The notes below the pieces were generated by a model. The model searched no databases. It saw only the letters and a program-made list of their open reading frames with translations, and was not told the DNA's origin. A stretch of 63,277 nucleotides of DNA, filler included, from Octopus bimaculoides (Eukaryota): assembly GCF_001194135.2 (NCBI RefSeq). It is 10 parts of 9 records of this genome, joined end to end, with 100 filler letters (N's around TTAATTAATTAA, not from the genome) between each part and the next. Parts side by side here need not be neighbours in the genome. Positions count along the whole stretch, not along the records: positions 1 to 15,177 come from NC_068985.1; 9 more parts are not named here. The stretch is one strand, 5' to 3'. Both the position numbers and the translations under genes were made by a program. Each line of letters begins with the position of its first letter. Position 1 is the first letter of the stretch. Below, piece after piece: positions 1-13,005 of this stretch.

Positions 1-190
1 ATATATATACATGCATATATGGGTACAGGACATCAAAAAAACATTGAACACAATGAGAAACGAATACATAAAAACGAAAACATAGAAAACGAACTATTTT
101 TAGAATAACAAAAAAGACAGAGAAATGAAGCATGCAACATAACGAATATTCTCCTTCATCAGTTGTCCCTGTTTCATCTACTCCGCGTTA
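1..190. repeat. Interspersed repeat fragment (same family at ~4855-5025 and, inverted, ~25640-25785)
   Basis: Shared motifs catatatgg(g/a)tacagga...cttcatcagttgt...ccactc/ctactc between the copies. Confidence 0.6.
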
Positions 191-1904
191 GCCAAAGTGA
201 CAATCCTTTGGACAGTTTAATTTGCTCTTGAATCAGCTCATTAACCTTGCGGCAGCACTGCGTGTTGTCCATGTTGTGCGCTGGTCAGGTGTCTCTGCAG
301 CTCTTACGGCAGCAGTCATGGCAGAATTGCATGTATTTGAAAATGCGCATTGGTCAACTGTCTCTGTAGCTCTTGTGGCAGCAGTAGTGGCAGCATTCAG
401 CGCTAACCGAAATGCACGTTCTTCTGTAGATTCATTTAATCATGAAGCAGCAGTAATTTGCACGTTTTTTGCCCTACGGGCTGCAAGTTTTCCTGCTGAG
501 TTTCAATATGATGATTGCAAATTATTGAGTCTTGTGCTGTCAGCAGCTAATCTGGATAATCTAGTTGTCATCTGCTCCTTGGTTTCATTAGCTCGTCATT
601 GCTTTGTCCTAACTGCAGCGGTTGACAATCTGCTAAGGCACCATTTTTTTCCACGCGGCATTAAACCAAAATCTGTAAAAAAAAAAAACATCATATAACA
701 CAATCGAATCTAAAAATAAGGATAACTCTAAGAAATATTTTGAAGTGTTTTTAGTGGTATAATGTTTTAAAGGCACAGGATGTTGTAAGTTAATCACTAA
801 GTTATATACCAGAGGCGAAGTAGAATCAATGTTAATGTAAACCAGGTGGTATAAAATGAAAATATAACCTCACAAAATATTCTTTCATAAAATCATGGGA
901 CCAATTGGGATCAAAAAGAACAAAAAAAGAATATTTTTAAGTCTTTGATGTATAGACCAACCCTTAAATGAACTTTTCTGTAATATTGTTAACATAACGA
1001 GATATTTTCAAGTATTAACATCATGAGCAAAACGATAAATAGTGCAAAGTCAAATGTTAATCGTAATATAGAAATAGTTTAGGAATTGTTGGTTGTGAAA
1101 TATGCAAAATAATAATCTCGAAGAAACGTACCTTTTATTTCATGTGCAAAGAGAGAAAATAAATCTGAGTGAAAACAAAAATTTTACAACCTCAAGATGA
1201 GTTGTTATTGTTACAGGTAAAGCTACAAAATGCCAACTTGTAGAACTGAACAACTCGCATACAGGAAGTCGTTAATTTTTTTGCACGTGTATGATAATTA
1301 TCATATCTTAAGATGGATTCGCATTGATGCACTTGTTAAATTGATTCATGCGATCAATAGCACAGAAGGTAGAATCACAAAATCACGTATCAAATATTAC
1401 AAATGAAAGAAAATAAATAATGAGAACAAAAGTTTTAAAATCAAACCTGACCTGTTTGGAAACCAAAGCACTGAAAAACAATAACAATGTGAAGCAAAAA
1501 GTTAAAGACTACAGCAAGAAATTAAATTATTATCAACTTTAAAAAAAAGAGATATTTATACTTTCTATAAAAAATTGTCGACTATGTAAGATAACAAAAT
1601 GACTGCCCTAACGTGACCAACTAATGTAGAATAAACTTTTCAAAATTAGCTTAAGAAAACGTTTATGCCCAGCAAAAAAAAGCGTCTTGTTTTCATGCCT
1701 CATTACTGCAGCCTTTTTATGCAATCTTTGCGTGCACTGAACAGCTGATCGAGTAAAGCTCACATGCGAGTACAATTCATTTCATTTCTCGCACTGCTCA
1801 ACAGGTCCCAATATCGATTTTCGTTTCAATGAAATCGGATGAAAGGTTTAGAAGATAATTGCGGTTAAAGGGAATTGTTCACACACACACAGAGAAAACT
1901 TCAG

Positions 1905-1912
<8 letters not shown>
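190..1912 (-). mobile_element. Helitron 5' portion with degenerate RepHel N-terminus (STPR-like ETxEQRxxRL repeats)
   Basis: Minus-strand translation from the ATG at ~662 gives MPRGKKWCLSRLSTAAVRTKQ*RANETKEQMTTRLSRLAADS...ESTEERAFRLA...RATETVDQC...RAAETPDQRTT, with stops. The minus-strand end tatataaagctgaagtt at ~1890-1912 matches the Helitron-like 5' terminus at 26535-26556. Confidence 0.65.
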
Positions 1913-1950
<38 letters not shown>

Positions 1951-2234
1951 NNNNNNNNNNNNNNNNNNNNNNNNNNNNNNNNNNNNNNNNNNNNNNNNNN
2001 NNNNNNNNNNNNNNNNNNNNNNNNNNNNNNNNNNNNNNNNNNNNNNNNNNNNNNNNNNNNNNNNNNNNNNNNNNNNNNNNNNNNNNNNNNNNNNNNNNNN
2101 NNNNNNNNNNNNNNNNNNNNNNNNNNNNNNNNNNNNNNNNNNNNNNNNNNNNNNNNNNNNNNNNNNNNNNNNNNNNNNNNNNNNNNNNNNNNNNNNNNNN
2201 NNNNNNNNNNNNNNNNNNNNNNNNNNNNNNNNNN

Positions 2235-2290
<56 letters not shown>

Positions 2291-4130
2291 CATCGTTCAA
2301 TGTCTGCTCCCCACCATGCTGGCATGTGTTGGACGGTCTGACTGAGGGCTGGAAAGCCAGGAGGCTGCACCAGGATCCAATATGATCTGGCAAGGTTTCT
2401 ACAGTTGGATGCCCTTCCTAACACCAACCACTCCGAGAGTGTAGTGGGTGCTTTTCACATGTCACCAGCACGAGGGCCAGTCAGGTGGCACTAGCATCGA
2501 CTACACTCGAATGGTACTTTTTACATGCTACTGGCATTGGCCATGACAGTGATTTCACTTGATTCAACAGGTCTACTCAAGCACAGCATATTGCTCAATG
2601 ATTGAAGGTACTCTTGAATGGGCCAGTTATGCAACACTGGCATAGGCCACGGCTACAGTCTCACTTGACTTGCCAGGTTTTCTCAAGCACAGCATATCTC
2701 CAAAGGCCTCGGTCACTTGTTATTAGCTCTGTGAAGCCCAATGTTTGAAGGTCGTGCTTCACCACCTCATCCCAGGTCTTCCTGGGTCTACCCCTTCCAC
2801 AGGTTCCCTCTACTGTTAGTGGGACACTTCTTCACACAGCTGTCCTCATCCATATGTAATACATGACCATACCAGCACAGTCATCTCTCTTATACGCCAC
2901 ATCTGATGCTTCTTATGTCCAACTTTTCTCTCAGGGCACTTACACTCTGTCGTGTATGCACACTGACATTACACATCCAGCGGAGTATTCTATCTATATG
3001 TCTTGCAAGCTTATGCATGTCCTCAGCGGTCACAGCCCATGTTTCACTGCCATGTAGCATGGCTGTTCACACACATGCGTCAGACAGTCTACCTTTCACT
3101 CTGAGGAAGGGGCCCTTTGTTAACAGCAGGAACTCTGAACTTTGCTCAGGCTATTCTTATTCTACCAGCTACGCTCTCAGAGCATCCATCCCCACTAGTA
3201 ACTTGATCACCTAGGTGGCTGAGGCTATCAACTACTTCTAGTTTTTCCTCCTGGTGTGTGATGGAATCTGTTTTTTGCACATTTTCAGTGTTTATTGCAC
3301 CTGTAGATCTGCCACACACACAAAAACTATCTTCCCAGTTAGCCTTCCTTTGATATTGTTGCACTTCTTGTATTCATAGCTTACACCAGGTAAATCTTAT
3401 GGAGTTTCTACCTACACCTTTACTACAGACCAAGCAGGGCCATCTACCTAAAGGGATTTGTGGTTTATCTGCCTTCTTACATACTTAGACTTTGGTTTTT
3501 TTGGTAGATTGATTCTAAGGCCCTTCAATTCTAGACCTTGCTTCCACACCTGAAACTTCTCTAATTCTGATAGTGACTCGGCTATTACAGCAAGGTCATC
3601 AGTATAGAGGAGCTCTCCTGTCTTGAATTCCTCTGTTATTGCCTGGCAGATTATGATGAATAAGAGAGGGTTGAAGACTGATCCTTAGTGGACCCCTACC
3701 CCTACCCAGAATTCTTCACTATACTCGTTGCCAATCCACACCTTAGTGATGGCATCCCTGTACCTGGTTTGTACAGTTCTCACTACCACTCATTTATCCC
3801 TGGTTTCTGCATTGACCACCAGATAAGGGATCAGGGGACCCTGTCAAAGGCTTTCTCCATGTCAATGAAAGCAAAGTATCTTTGGCCAGGTATTTCTCCT
3901 GCAGCTGTCTTACCAGAAATATAGCATCAGTAGTGCTTCTCCCTGGCACAAACCCAAACTCCATCTCATCTAAACTCTCTCCCTAATTAGTTAGGCTATG
4001 ACCCTCTCCATGACTTTCACCACCTGATCCAACAATTTGATACCTCTATAATTATTCATATCTAATGTGTCACTAATACCTTTGTAGCAGTTGACTATGG
4101 TGCTGCTACACCAATCACTGGGTATGACTC
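2291..4130 (-). mobile_element. 5'-truncated, decayed RTE-clade LINE (RT domain plus 3' tail)
   Basis: Minus strand reads GVIPSDWCSSTIVNCYKG...NYRGIKLLDQVVKVMERV...FGFVPGRSTTDAIFLVRQLQEKY...AFIDMEKAFDRVP...ELLYTDDLAV, with stops and frameshifts. The 3' end (cagcatgg...gcagacattgaacgatg) matches the copy at 9285-10807. Confidence 0.92.
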
Positions 4131-4148
4131 CTTCATGTATCACTCATA

Positions 4149-4183
<35 letters not shown>

Positions 4184-4193
4184 NNNNNNNNNN

Positions 4194-4800
4194 TGGATCT
4201 ATTTATTAATTAATTACAATCACGAATAAGTAAATAAATAAACAAGTAAATAAATAAATAAAAAAGTTTATTACTTTGGAATTGACTTTTTTAGTATTCC
4301 TTACTATTCTTGTTATTTTACTATTTTATTTTACGTTCTCACATGTTTGATTCCTATCATTATGGACTCTCTAATAAAGATTCGAGTCTCAATTATTGCC
4401 CAACCCCTGACCAATTTTTGTTCAACCTTTGTACAATCTCTGTATAATACTGGTCTGATGTGTAAGCCTTGGCAAGTTGGACCACCCACCAAGAAGAAAC
4501 AGCTTTAAGAGTATAGTATTAGTCACTCATCTATTCTTATTCATTTATTTTTTACTCATTTATTTATTTAGCTACTTACTTATACGTATGATTGTAATTA
4601 ATTAATAAATAGATCCAAATGAATGTTTGCAGGCTGATGTTTGCTGATTAATTATCCTCTCCATTTTCTTCTTTACCTTAATAAATTCTGGGTAAATTTC
4701 TGTTTTACCCCCACTCATACCTATTATTCAAATGCGCTACTCCCCTACAACAGTAAGCATTTGGATATTTATTATCCCTTAGATGGTTCTTTAACCTCTA
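4194..4800. mobile_element. Probable Penelope-like remnant: ~65-bp inverted repeats (4194-4260 / 4550-4617), a degenerate HHR, and an adjacent RLKNHLRDNKYP-like coding fragment
   Basis: tggatctatttattaattaattacaatca is the reverse complement of tgattgtaattaattaataaatagatcca. The minus strand of 4620-4800 resembles the PLE post-RT 'L..N.YP' region. Confidence 0.5.
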
Positions 4801-4812
4801 ACACATACCGAC

Positions 4813-4858
<46 letters not shown>

Positions 4859-6428
4859 TGCATATATGGATACAGGATGTCACCAACAGTAAACAATATG
4901 AAATACATCAACAAATGAGTTAAATATTCAAAGAACAAGAGAAAAAATGTAAAAGAGTACAAATAATACACAGAACAAGCCTTCATCAGTTGTTGGTTGT
5001 CTATCCACTCCTCATTTCGAGCAAACACACACACATATGATGGAAGTTGAAATTGTTAAAATTTCATTGCATATATACAATATACTTCTTGCAGACATTC
5101 ATATGAAACACTGATATTTTACCCTCTTACTAATCCTTACCCTTATTAATGCATTTAATAAGCATATGTTTTGTAAGCTTTATTTATACAAATAAGCCAA
5201 ATAATTGTATGACTAATATTGAATTCAGTAAATATTTCCCTATGGATGAGACACAAAGTATTGAAGAGATTTGCAATGGTGAATGTTATCAGCTGTTGTT
5301 GAGTATCCAAAACCACTTCTGCTTAGGGATAACTCTAGCAAGAAAGTAATCTTGGGAAGACCCTTATTGCTGGAAACATATTTGAGAATGGTTTCTCTCA
5401 ATGGTAACATTATCATCTTTAAATATCAGTAAAATGTTGAAGTGACAGAAATAGTACAATGCTGTACTAAATATTAGCAGAATCAAATTTAATCTTAATA
5501 CATTCTGTGATCAAATCTCATTGAAGTAAATTTTATTCAATTAACTTCTCAATAAGTACTACATTTATATTATTAGCATTTTACTTGTAGAATACAATTT
5601 TTGTGCCACTTTACTGAGGAAGCCTCTTCTCAAACATTAACTTTGAAATGGCATATTAACCAAAATTACTCTTTGTTTCCTCTTGTTCATAACAAAAAAT
5701 ATTTGTTAGGCAAAACTTTTCTTTTTCAAATATGTGAATGAGAGGATGATGAACATATACTGTACATGAATTTTGATTGGATTTAAATATTACTTGTTTC
5801 TAAATATATGTTTCTATATAATATATATATATATTATATATTTCAAGAATATACATCCTCATTAGAGATTAATTAATTCAAGGATATCATATCCTTGTTA
5901 TGGATTAATAAATCAAAAATTTCACTGGTTTAATCTCCATCACTTTAGAAGATAATTTCTATACTGTGCTATGGATTATAATAGGTTAAGTTAATAATAT
6001 AAGAAAATGGAGAGTTTAAGATGCAGATTTAATTTATTTGCATCATAGTTTGTTTTTAAGGTATAAATACAAATAAATTCAATAGAAGACTCAAAACAAA
6101 ACCTACATATGTTTCAATTCTAGCTCCTTGGTAATGCCTTACTCAAACATTTGGGTTAAATCCAATATTAAGAATTTAAGTTGTAAGCACTAGAATCTCT
6201 TCAGTGTTTTGTTTTAATAATAACAAAGTTTACATCTTGCTTATAGGAATTCTAATTCATAACTATCATGAAATATGTTACCCTCTAACTTTTATCTGTT
6301 AATATGTGTATATGAGTGAGTTTGAGTCTATATCATTAGTGTTTATTATGATAGTATCAGCACAATATTAACATAATATAAATGTTATTTATAGCCATGC
6401 TATTTGTTCCTTTTTTTATTTCTTAAAG

Positions 6429-6469
6429 ACATGGATGTTGCTTACATTAATGTTCCAAAATTCCTGGAG
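6429..6469 (+). CDS. Candidate 41-nt coding exon ((D)MDVAYINVPKFLE) of an unidentified gene
   Basis: Acceptor tttttttatttcttaaag|, donor gag|gtaagt, open frame (phase 1 in, phase 0 out). Confidence 0.45.
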
Positions 6470-8000
6470 GTAAGTATATAAGCAATTTAACAATAATTAC
6501 ATTCATTAGAGCAAGCGTTAGCAAATATTTTAGCTCATTCTTTCTATGAGTAGAATATGCAGCTTAATGTATATGTATGATAGAAATTAAAACTTGAAAA
6601 TGTTAAAATTCATTGCATATACAATAAACTTTTTACAAACATTTATATGTAACTCTGATATTTTACTCTTTTATTAATCCTTACCCTTAATAATGCCCTT
6701 CATAAGCATATATTTTATAAGCTTTATTTATTCAAATAAACCAAATAATTATATGACTAATATTGAATTCAGTAGATTTTTGTGTAAACATGAGACGCAA
6801 AGTATCATAGAGATTTGCAATGGTGTACATGATCAGCTGTTGTTGTTGAGTATCTGAAATCACTTCTGATTAGCAATAAAGTAATCTAACAAAGAATCTT
6901 ATGCCTGTACACTAAAATAGTAGGCACTCATTGGAATCTGGAGTCCATGGATCAATTGAGAATTACATTAAAATGATAAATTTGAAGTGAAGAACAAGTA
7001 CATAGTGCAGGTAGTTAATTGACCAACAAAAAAGTGAACATTCCTAAATATGATAATATCTGTTTTGACACATGATTTCACATCAGTAATCCTGTGAAAT
7101 AAATACATAAACTTATTTCTGTAAACATATTTTCTGAATGACTTCTCTTAATGGTAACATCACTAACTTTTAAATATCAATAAAATATTAAAATGACAGA
7201 AAGAATATAATACTGTATTAAATATTTACAGAACTAAATTTAGTGTTAGTACATTCTAAGATTATATCCCAGTGAAATAAATTTTGTTTACTCAGCCTCT
7301 CAATAAGTACTACTTTTACACCTGATTATTTGAATTTTACTCATAGAATAGAATTTTGGGTGTCACTTTACTGAGGAACCCTCTTTCCAAACCCTAACTT
7401 TGAAATGACATATTAACTAAAATTACTCTTTGTTTCCTCTTGTTCATACCAAATAATTTTATTAGTCAATACTTTTCTTTTTCACAATACATGAATAAGA
7501 GGATGACAAACATAAACTGTACATGGACTTTGACTGGATTTAAATATTTTTTTGTTTCTAAATACATGTTTCTATATAACGCGTGTATGTATATAGCAAT
7601 ATGATATAATAATAATAACAATAATCTCTGCATTCATTTTATAAACATCGAATGCGTTGCTGCATGCATTTTGACAAATCATGTCTCTTAAGATCACAGT
7701 CCATATTCCTGGGATGAATACAGTGTACTTCATGGGCATCGGGTTGATCATCTTCATGGATTCATTTCGTCAGGCGATATAAGATTAATGGATATACAAT
7801 AGAGGTATGCTTATTCCTTTTGACAAGTATGAAGGTTGACTGAGTTATGTGGGTATTTCTGTGTGTATTTGGTAGGTAGAAGGAGAAAGTGATGAAAAGA
7901 GAGGAAAGAATGATAGTTATATGGGAATGGAGGTGTATGTGGTGAAGTTGGACTTATTTTGCTCTTCATTCAGCAGCTGCTAAAGATGAGTAGTACATAC

Positions 8001-8130
8001 TTTTTTTTTTTTTTATCTCATTTAAGGCATGACTCTCTTCAATGAATTCTGAAGTCAACAGTTCATGCAGTACTGCCACTGCAGCCATCAGCTGATGGAA
8101 TTTATTGACTGAATTGATAAATGATACATT
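8001..8130 (-). CDS. Candidate exon NVSFINSVNKFHQLMAAVAVLHELLTSEFIEESHALNEIKKKK
   Basis: Minus strand atcaccttcag| ... aaa|gtatgt with 130 nt open. No homology recognised. Confidence 0.25.
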
Positions 8131-8249
8131 CTGAAGGTGATCTTTTCATTGTTTCTGGTGGTATAGTGTATAGCATCTTAAATATTGGTTGGCTTATTTC
8201 TTTGATTGCATTCCTTCCTTGTTCTATAATGTGCTAAGGGCAGTTGATG

Positions 8250-8760
8250 TTATTTCATTTCAAAATACTTTTTCAAACTCCAGAAACGATGTTTTGTTTT
8301 TATGTTTACATGAAATGATCACCTCAGAATGCCTATTTATCACATTTTTCCCTGGATGTAATGATTTCCAGGGTTCCTTCTCTGTATAAATTGCATCCTC
8401 ATGATGTTCCGTTATATGGAACAGCATTTTTTATAACAGACCAGTGGATTGTAAGCTCCACTCCATTCTGTTTGGGTCTCCAGACAAAGTTCGACAGTGA
8501 TGCGGAGTGCTTTTTATTGATATTGGAAAATGATGTGACATGGTTATGCAGACAATTTTTTATGGTGTCTCCAGTGCCACCTCTGTACAAGTATTTCTGC
8601 GTATCAGCCTTCACTTCACATTTATAAATTACATTCTTTATCATGCAGTTGTCGTTATATCTGCATAACTCTTTGTCTACAGTTACATTAAATGTTTTTT
8701 TTCCATTCTCCCTGCAGGAAGACATCCTCTTTCCTCTTCCACTTGTAATCATGTACTCAT
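8250..8760 (-). mobile_element. Penelope-like GIY-YIG endonuclease remnant
   Basis: ORF 8399-8752: NCMIKNVIYKCEV...YRGGTGDTIKNCLHNHVTSF...SASLSNFVW...IHWSVIKNAVPY, continuing into CNLC. Confidence 0.85.
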
Positions 8761-9284
8761 TTCCCTTGTGTATGAATTAGACCTTTAATTGTGTGGTGTT
8801 GTTTGGGTCCATTTTTGCTATTGATGTGTTTTTATTACCCCAACTTGCAACCATTCCAGGCAAATACACAAATGTATTTCTGTAAGCATATTTGTGAATG
8901 GCTTCTCTTAATGGTAACATCACCACCTTTAAAGATCAATAAAATATTGAAGTGGCAGAAATAGTACTATACTGCACGAAATATTGACAGAATTAAATTT
9001 AATGTTAGTACATTCTAATATTACATCCCAATCAAGTAAATTTTGTTCTATCAGCCTCTCAATATGTATTACTTTTACATAATTATTAGCATTATGCTTA
9101 TAGAATATAATTTTGGGTGCCACTTTACTGAGGAACTCTCTTTCCAAGCATTAACTGAAATGGCATATCAACCAAAATTATTCTTTGTTTCATCTTGTTC
9201 ATACCAAATAAATTCATTAGACAATACTTGTCTTTTTCCTAATACATGAATGTGAGGATGGAGAATATATACTGTACATGCACA

Positions 9285-10807
9285 GTGGCTGATGTACCTG
9301 GCTTTTGTCAACATAGAGAAAGCCTTTGACAGGGTACCCAACTCCCTTATCTGGTAGTCAATGTGATAGCTAGGGATAGATGAAAGGTTAATGAGAATGG
9401 TACAAGCCATGTGCAGGAATGCTGCCAATAAGGTGAAGGTGGGCAATGAGTGTAGCAATAAATTTTTGTACATGTAGGAGTCCACCAAGGCTCAGTTATC
9501 TGTCTCCTCCTGTTTATTTTAGACCTCCAGGCTTTAACAGTGGAATTCAAGACCAACTGTCTCTGGGAGCTCCTCTATGCTGATGACCTTGTTCTTATAG
9601 CTAAATCACTACCTGACCTAGAGAAGAAATTTCAGATGTGGAAACAAGGTCTGGAATCTAATCGCCATAGAGTTAATCTTGCAAAAAACAAAATTCTAAT
9701 AAGTAGGAAAACAAGCAAATCACAAGTCCCTTCTGGGAGATGGACCTACTCGATATGCAAGAATGGTGTCAGTAGAAACTCCATACATTGCAAGTTTTGG
9801 ACACATAAGAGGTATAGTGGAATCTCAAGAAATTAAACGGAGAATATAGTCTTTGTGTGTGACAAATGTGCAAGTACAATAAACACTAAATATGCACAGA
9901 CAATAGGCTCCCTCAAATACACAGAGGGATCATCCAAAGTAGTAGATAGCTTCTGTTATCTAACAGACCAAGTTAGCAGCGGTGGAGGAAGTTCTGAAAG
10001 TGTAGTTACTAGGATAAGCATGAGCTGGTTGAAGTTCACACAGCTTCAACCTTCGTTGGTAACAAAGAGCCCCTCCCTCAAAGTAAAAGGCAGACTGTAT
10101 GATGCCTGTGTACATACAACTATATTACATGGTAGTCAAACATGGGCTTTGCCTACAAAGCACTTGTGAAGTATTGAAAGAAATGAAGCTAGCATGATCT
10201 GTTGGATGGGTTATGTTAGTGTGCATGCACAACAAAATGTAAATGATTTAAAAGGAAAATTGGGAATAAGAGGCATCAGATGTTGTGTGCAAGAGAGAAG
10301 ACTGCACCAGATTGGTCATGTGATGAGTATGAATGAGGATAGCTGTGTAAAGAAGTGCTGAGCTCTAAATGTGGAGGGACTTATGGAAGAGGTAGACACC
10401 AGCAGATATGGGACACAGTGGTGAGAAAGGATTTTCAGACCATGGGCCTTACTGAGGAAATGACAAGGTGGCGATTTGCTGTACTTGATAAGAAACATCA
10501 AGCTAAGAAAAATCACTGTCTTCCATACATGCAAGTTTGTCTTTTCAGGTGCTGATGCCACTTAAAATGCACCTGTGCCATAGCTGCATTAATGCACCTG
10601 TGCCAGTGCTACATAAATGCACCTGTGCTGGTAGTACATAAAAAGTACCCAATACACTCTGTTAAGTGGTTGGCACTAGGAAGAGCATCTAGCCATAGAA
10701 ACCATACCACAACAGAGAGTTGGAGTCTGGAAAACTCCCTGCTAACCAGCTCCATGTCAAACAGTCGAAACTATGACAGCATAGAAAGCAGACATTAAAT
10801 GATAATG
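9285..10807 (+). mobile_element. 5'-truncated, decayed RTE-clade LINE
   Basis: YLAFVNIEKAFDRVP...GVHQGSV...WELLYADDLVLIA...KGRLYDACVHTTILHGSQTW. Same 3' tail as the 2291-4130 copy. Confidence 0.92.
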
Positions 10808-11524
10808 TTTATATGTAAAATATATGATATATTTTATTATTATTATTTTCAATTACTTTCTGCACAACATCAACATAATTAAAATAGCCTCTCCATACTA
10901 TAAATATGCATATTCTTTGTTTTATTTCCTGAAGTTATTTATATAATTTCAATATGCTGAAGTTAGTGAGCCCAAATATGTATGCTAGTAGAATCAGTGT
11001 TGCTAATAGACAGTTTGATCTCAGAAATATTAAATAAAAAGAGAAAGCTAACAATCATTAAATATATATATATATATATANNNNNNNNNNNNNNNNNNNN
11101 NNNNNNNNNNNNNNNNNNNNNNNNNNNNNNNNNNNNNNNNNNNNNNNNNNNNNNNNNNNNNNNNNNNNNNNNNNNNNNNNNNNNNNNNNNNNNNNNNNNN
11201 NNNNNNNNNNNNNNNNNNNNNNNNNNNNNNNNNNNNNNNNNNNNNNNNNNNNNNNNNNNNNNNNNNNNNNNNNNNNNNNNNNNNNNNNNNNNNNNNNNNN
11301 NNNNNNNNNNNNNNNNNNNNNNNNNNNNNNNNNNNNNNNNNNNNNNNNNNNNNNNNNNNNNNNNNNNNNNNNNNNNNNNNNNNNNNNNNNNNNNNNNNNN
11401 NNNNNNNNNNNNNNNNNNNNNNNNNNNNNNNNNNNNNNNNNNNNNNNNNNNNNNNNNNNNNNNNNNNNNNNNNNNNNNNNNNNNNNNNNNNNNNNNNNNN
11501 NNNNNNNNNNNNNNNNNNNNNNNN

Positions 11525-12023
11525 NCCTATCGTCACTAGATACAAAACTGCTATCGCCATTCTTCTCATTTAAATATAAATAAACGCGGGCGTAGCAGAG
11601 AACCCATTCCTGGTCATCACGTGACTGATCATTATTCGAATCGGCAACTTCTTCGAACCGTTCCCGCCAGAACGCAAACTGACCAATCACAGCCCTTAAT
11701 AAGGTCACGTGATAGTGTTTTTCTGCTACCGTCTTGGAGCCCCCTTAACGCCTTAAATAGATCAACTCATACCCAACAATTTGTCTCGGTCCAGTTTGTC
11801 TTTGAGAACTGTTCGGTGTACCACACGACAGCAGTAGCAACAATTAGCCAGCGACCCTTCAACAGCTTCGTCCAGCCAACAATGACCACCGCCGTCGCCA
11901 CATCAACAATACGAGTCTACGACTACTAACCAGCAACATCGTCATGACCAACACGATTACTACCAAGCAGCTTTACACCACCAGCGTCAACACGACTTAC
12001 TATGTACACCAAACCACCGCGGC
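11525..12023. promoter_or_regulatory. CpG-rich putative promoter with two TCACGTGA E-boxes (11617, 11705), a CCAAT box (11683) and TTCCCGCC (11661)
   Basis: Motifs read directly. CpG density is much higher than in the flanking AT-rich DNA and no TE signature was recognised. Confidence 0.55.
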
Positions 12024-12968
12024 NNNNNNNNNNNNNNNNNNNNNNNNNNNNNNNNNNNNNNNNNNNNNNNNNNNNNNNNNNNNNNNNNNNNNNNNNNNNN
12101 NNNNNNNNNNNNNNNNNNNNNNNNNNNNNNNNNNNNNNNNNNNNNNNNNNNNNNNNNNNNNNNNNNNNNNNNNNNNNNNNNNNNNNNNNNNNNNNNNNNN
12201 NNNNNNNNNNNNNNNNNNNNNNNNNNNNNNNNNNNNNNNNNNNNNNNNNNNNNNNNNNNNNNNNNNNNNNNNNNNNNNNNNNNNNNNNNNNNNNNNNNNN
12301 NNNNNNNNNNNNNNNNNNNNNNNNNNNNNNNNNNNNNNNNNNNNNNNNNNNNNNNNNNNNNNNNNNNNNNNNNNNNNNNNNNNNNNNNNNNNNNNNNNNN
12401 NNNNNNNNNNNNNNNNNNNNNNNNNNNNNNNNNNNNNNNNNNNNNNNNNNNNNNNNNNNNNNNNNNNNNNNNNNNNNNNNNNNNNNNNNNNNNNNNNNNN
12501 NNNNNNNNNNNNNNNNNNNNNNNNNNNNNNNNNNNNNNNNNNNNNNNNNNNNNNNNNNNNNNNNNNNNNNNNNNNNNNNNNNNNNNNNNNNNNNNNNNNN
12601 NNNNNNNNNNNNNNNNNNNNNNNNNNNNNNNNNNNNNNNNNNNNNNNNNNNNNNNNNNNNNNNNNNNNNNNNNNNNNNNNNNNNNNNNNNNNNNNNNNNN
12701 NNNNNNNNNNNNNNNNNNNNNNNNNNNNNNNNNNNNNNNNNNNNNNNNNNNNNNNNNNNNNNNNNNNNNNNNNNNNNNNNNNNNNNNNNNNNNNNNNNNN
12801 NNNNNNNNNNNNNNNNNNNNNNNNNNNNNNNNNNNNNNNNNNNNNNNNNGTTGAAGAGCGTAGCTCGAAACGTTAAAGACTTTCCGTATTCCCGAGCGTC
12901 ATACTAATACATCCTTTTGTTGTTTACACCACCCGTCCTCGTCTGTTGTTGTTTTTTCGTACATTCTC

Positions 12969-13005
<37 letters not shown>

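Larger units (their letters stand above)
5040..9275. repeat. Local diverged triplication: block X at ~5045-5350 and ~6590-6890; block Y at ~5378-5820, ~7125-7577 and ~8885-9280
   Basis: Colinear motifs in each copy, e.g. tctct(c/t)aatggtaacat, cactttactgagga, aaaatta(c/t)tctttgttt, actgtacatg. Confidence 0.85.

Noticed and set aside
222-698. 158-aa plus-strand ORF
   Set aside because: Antisense of the repetitive Helitron N-terminal coding remnant.
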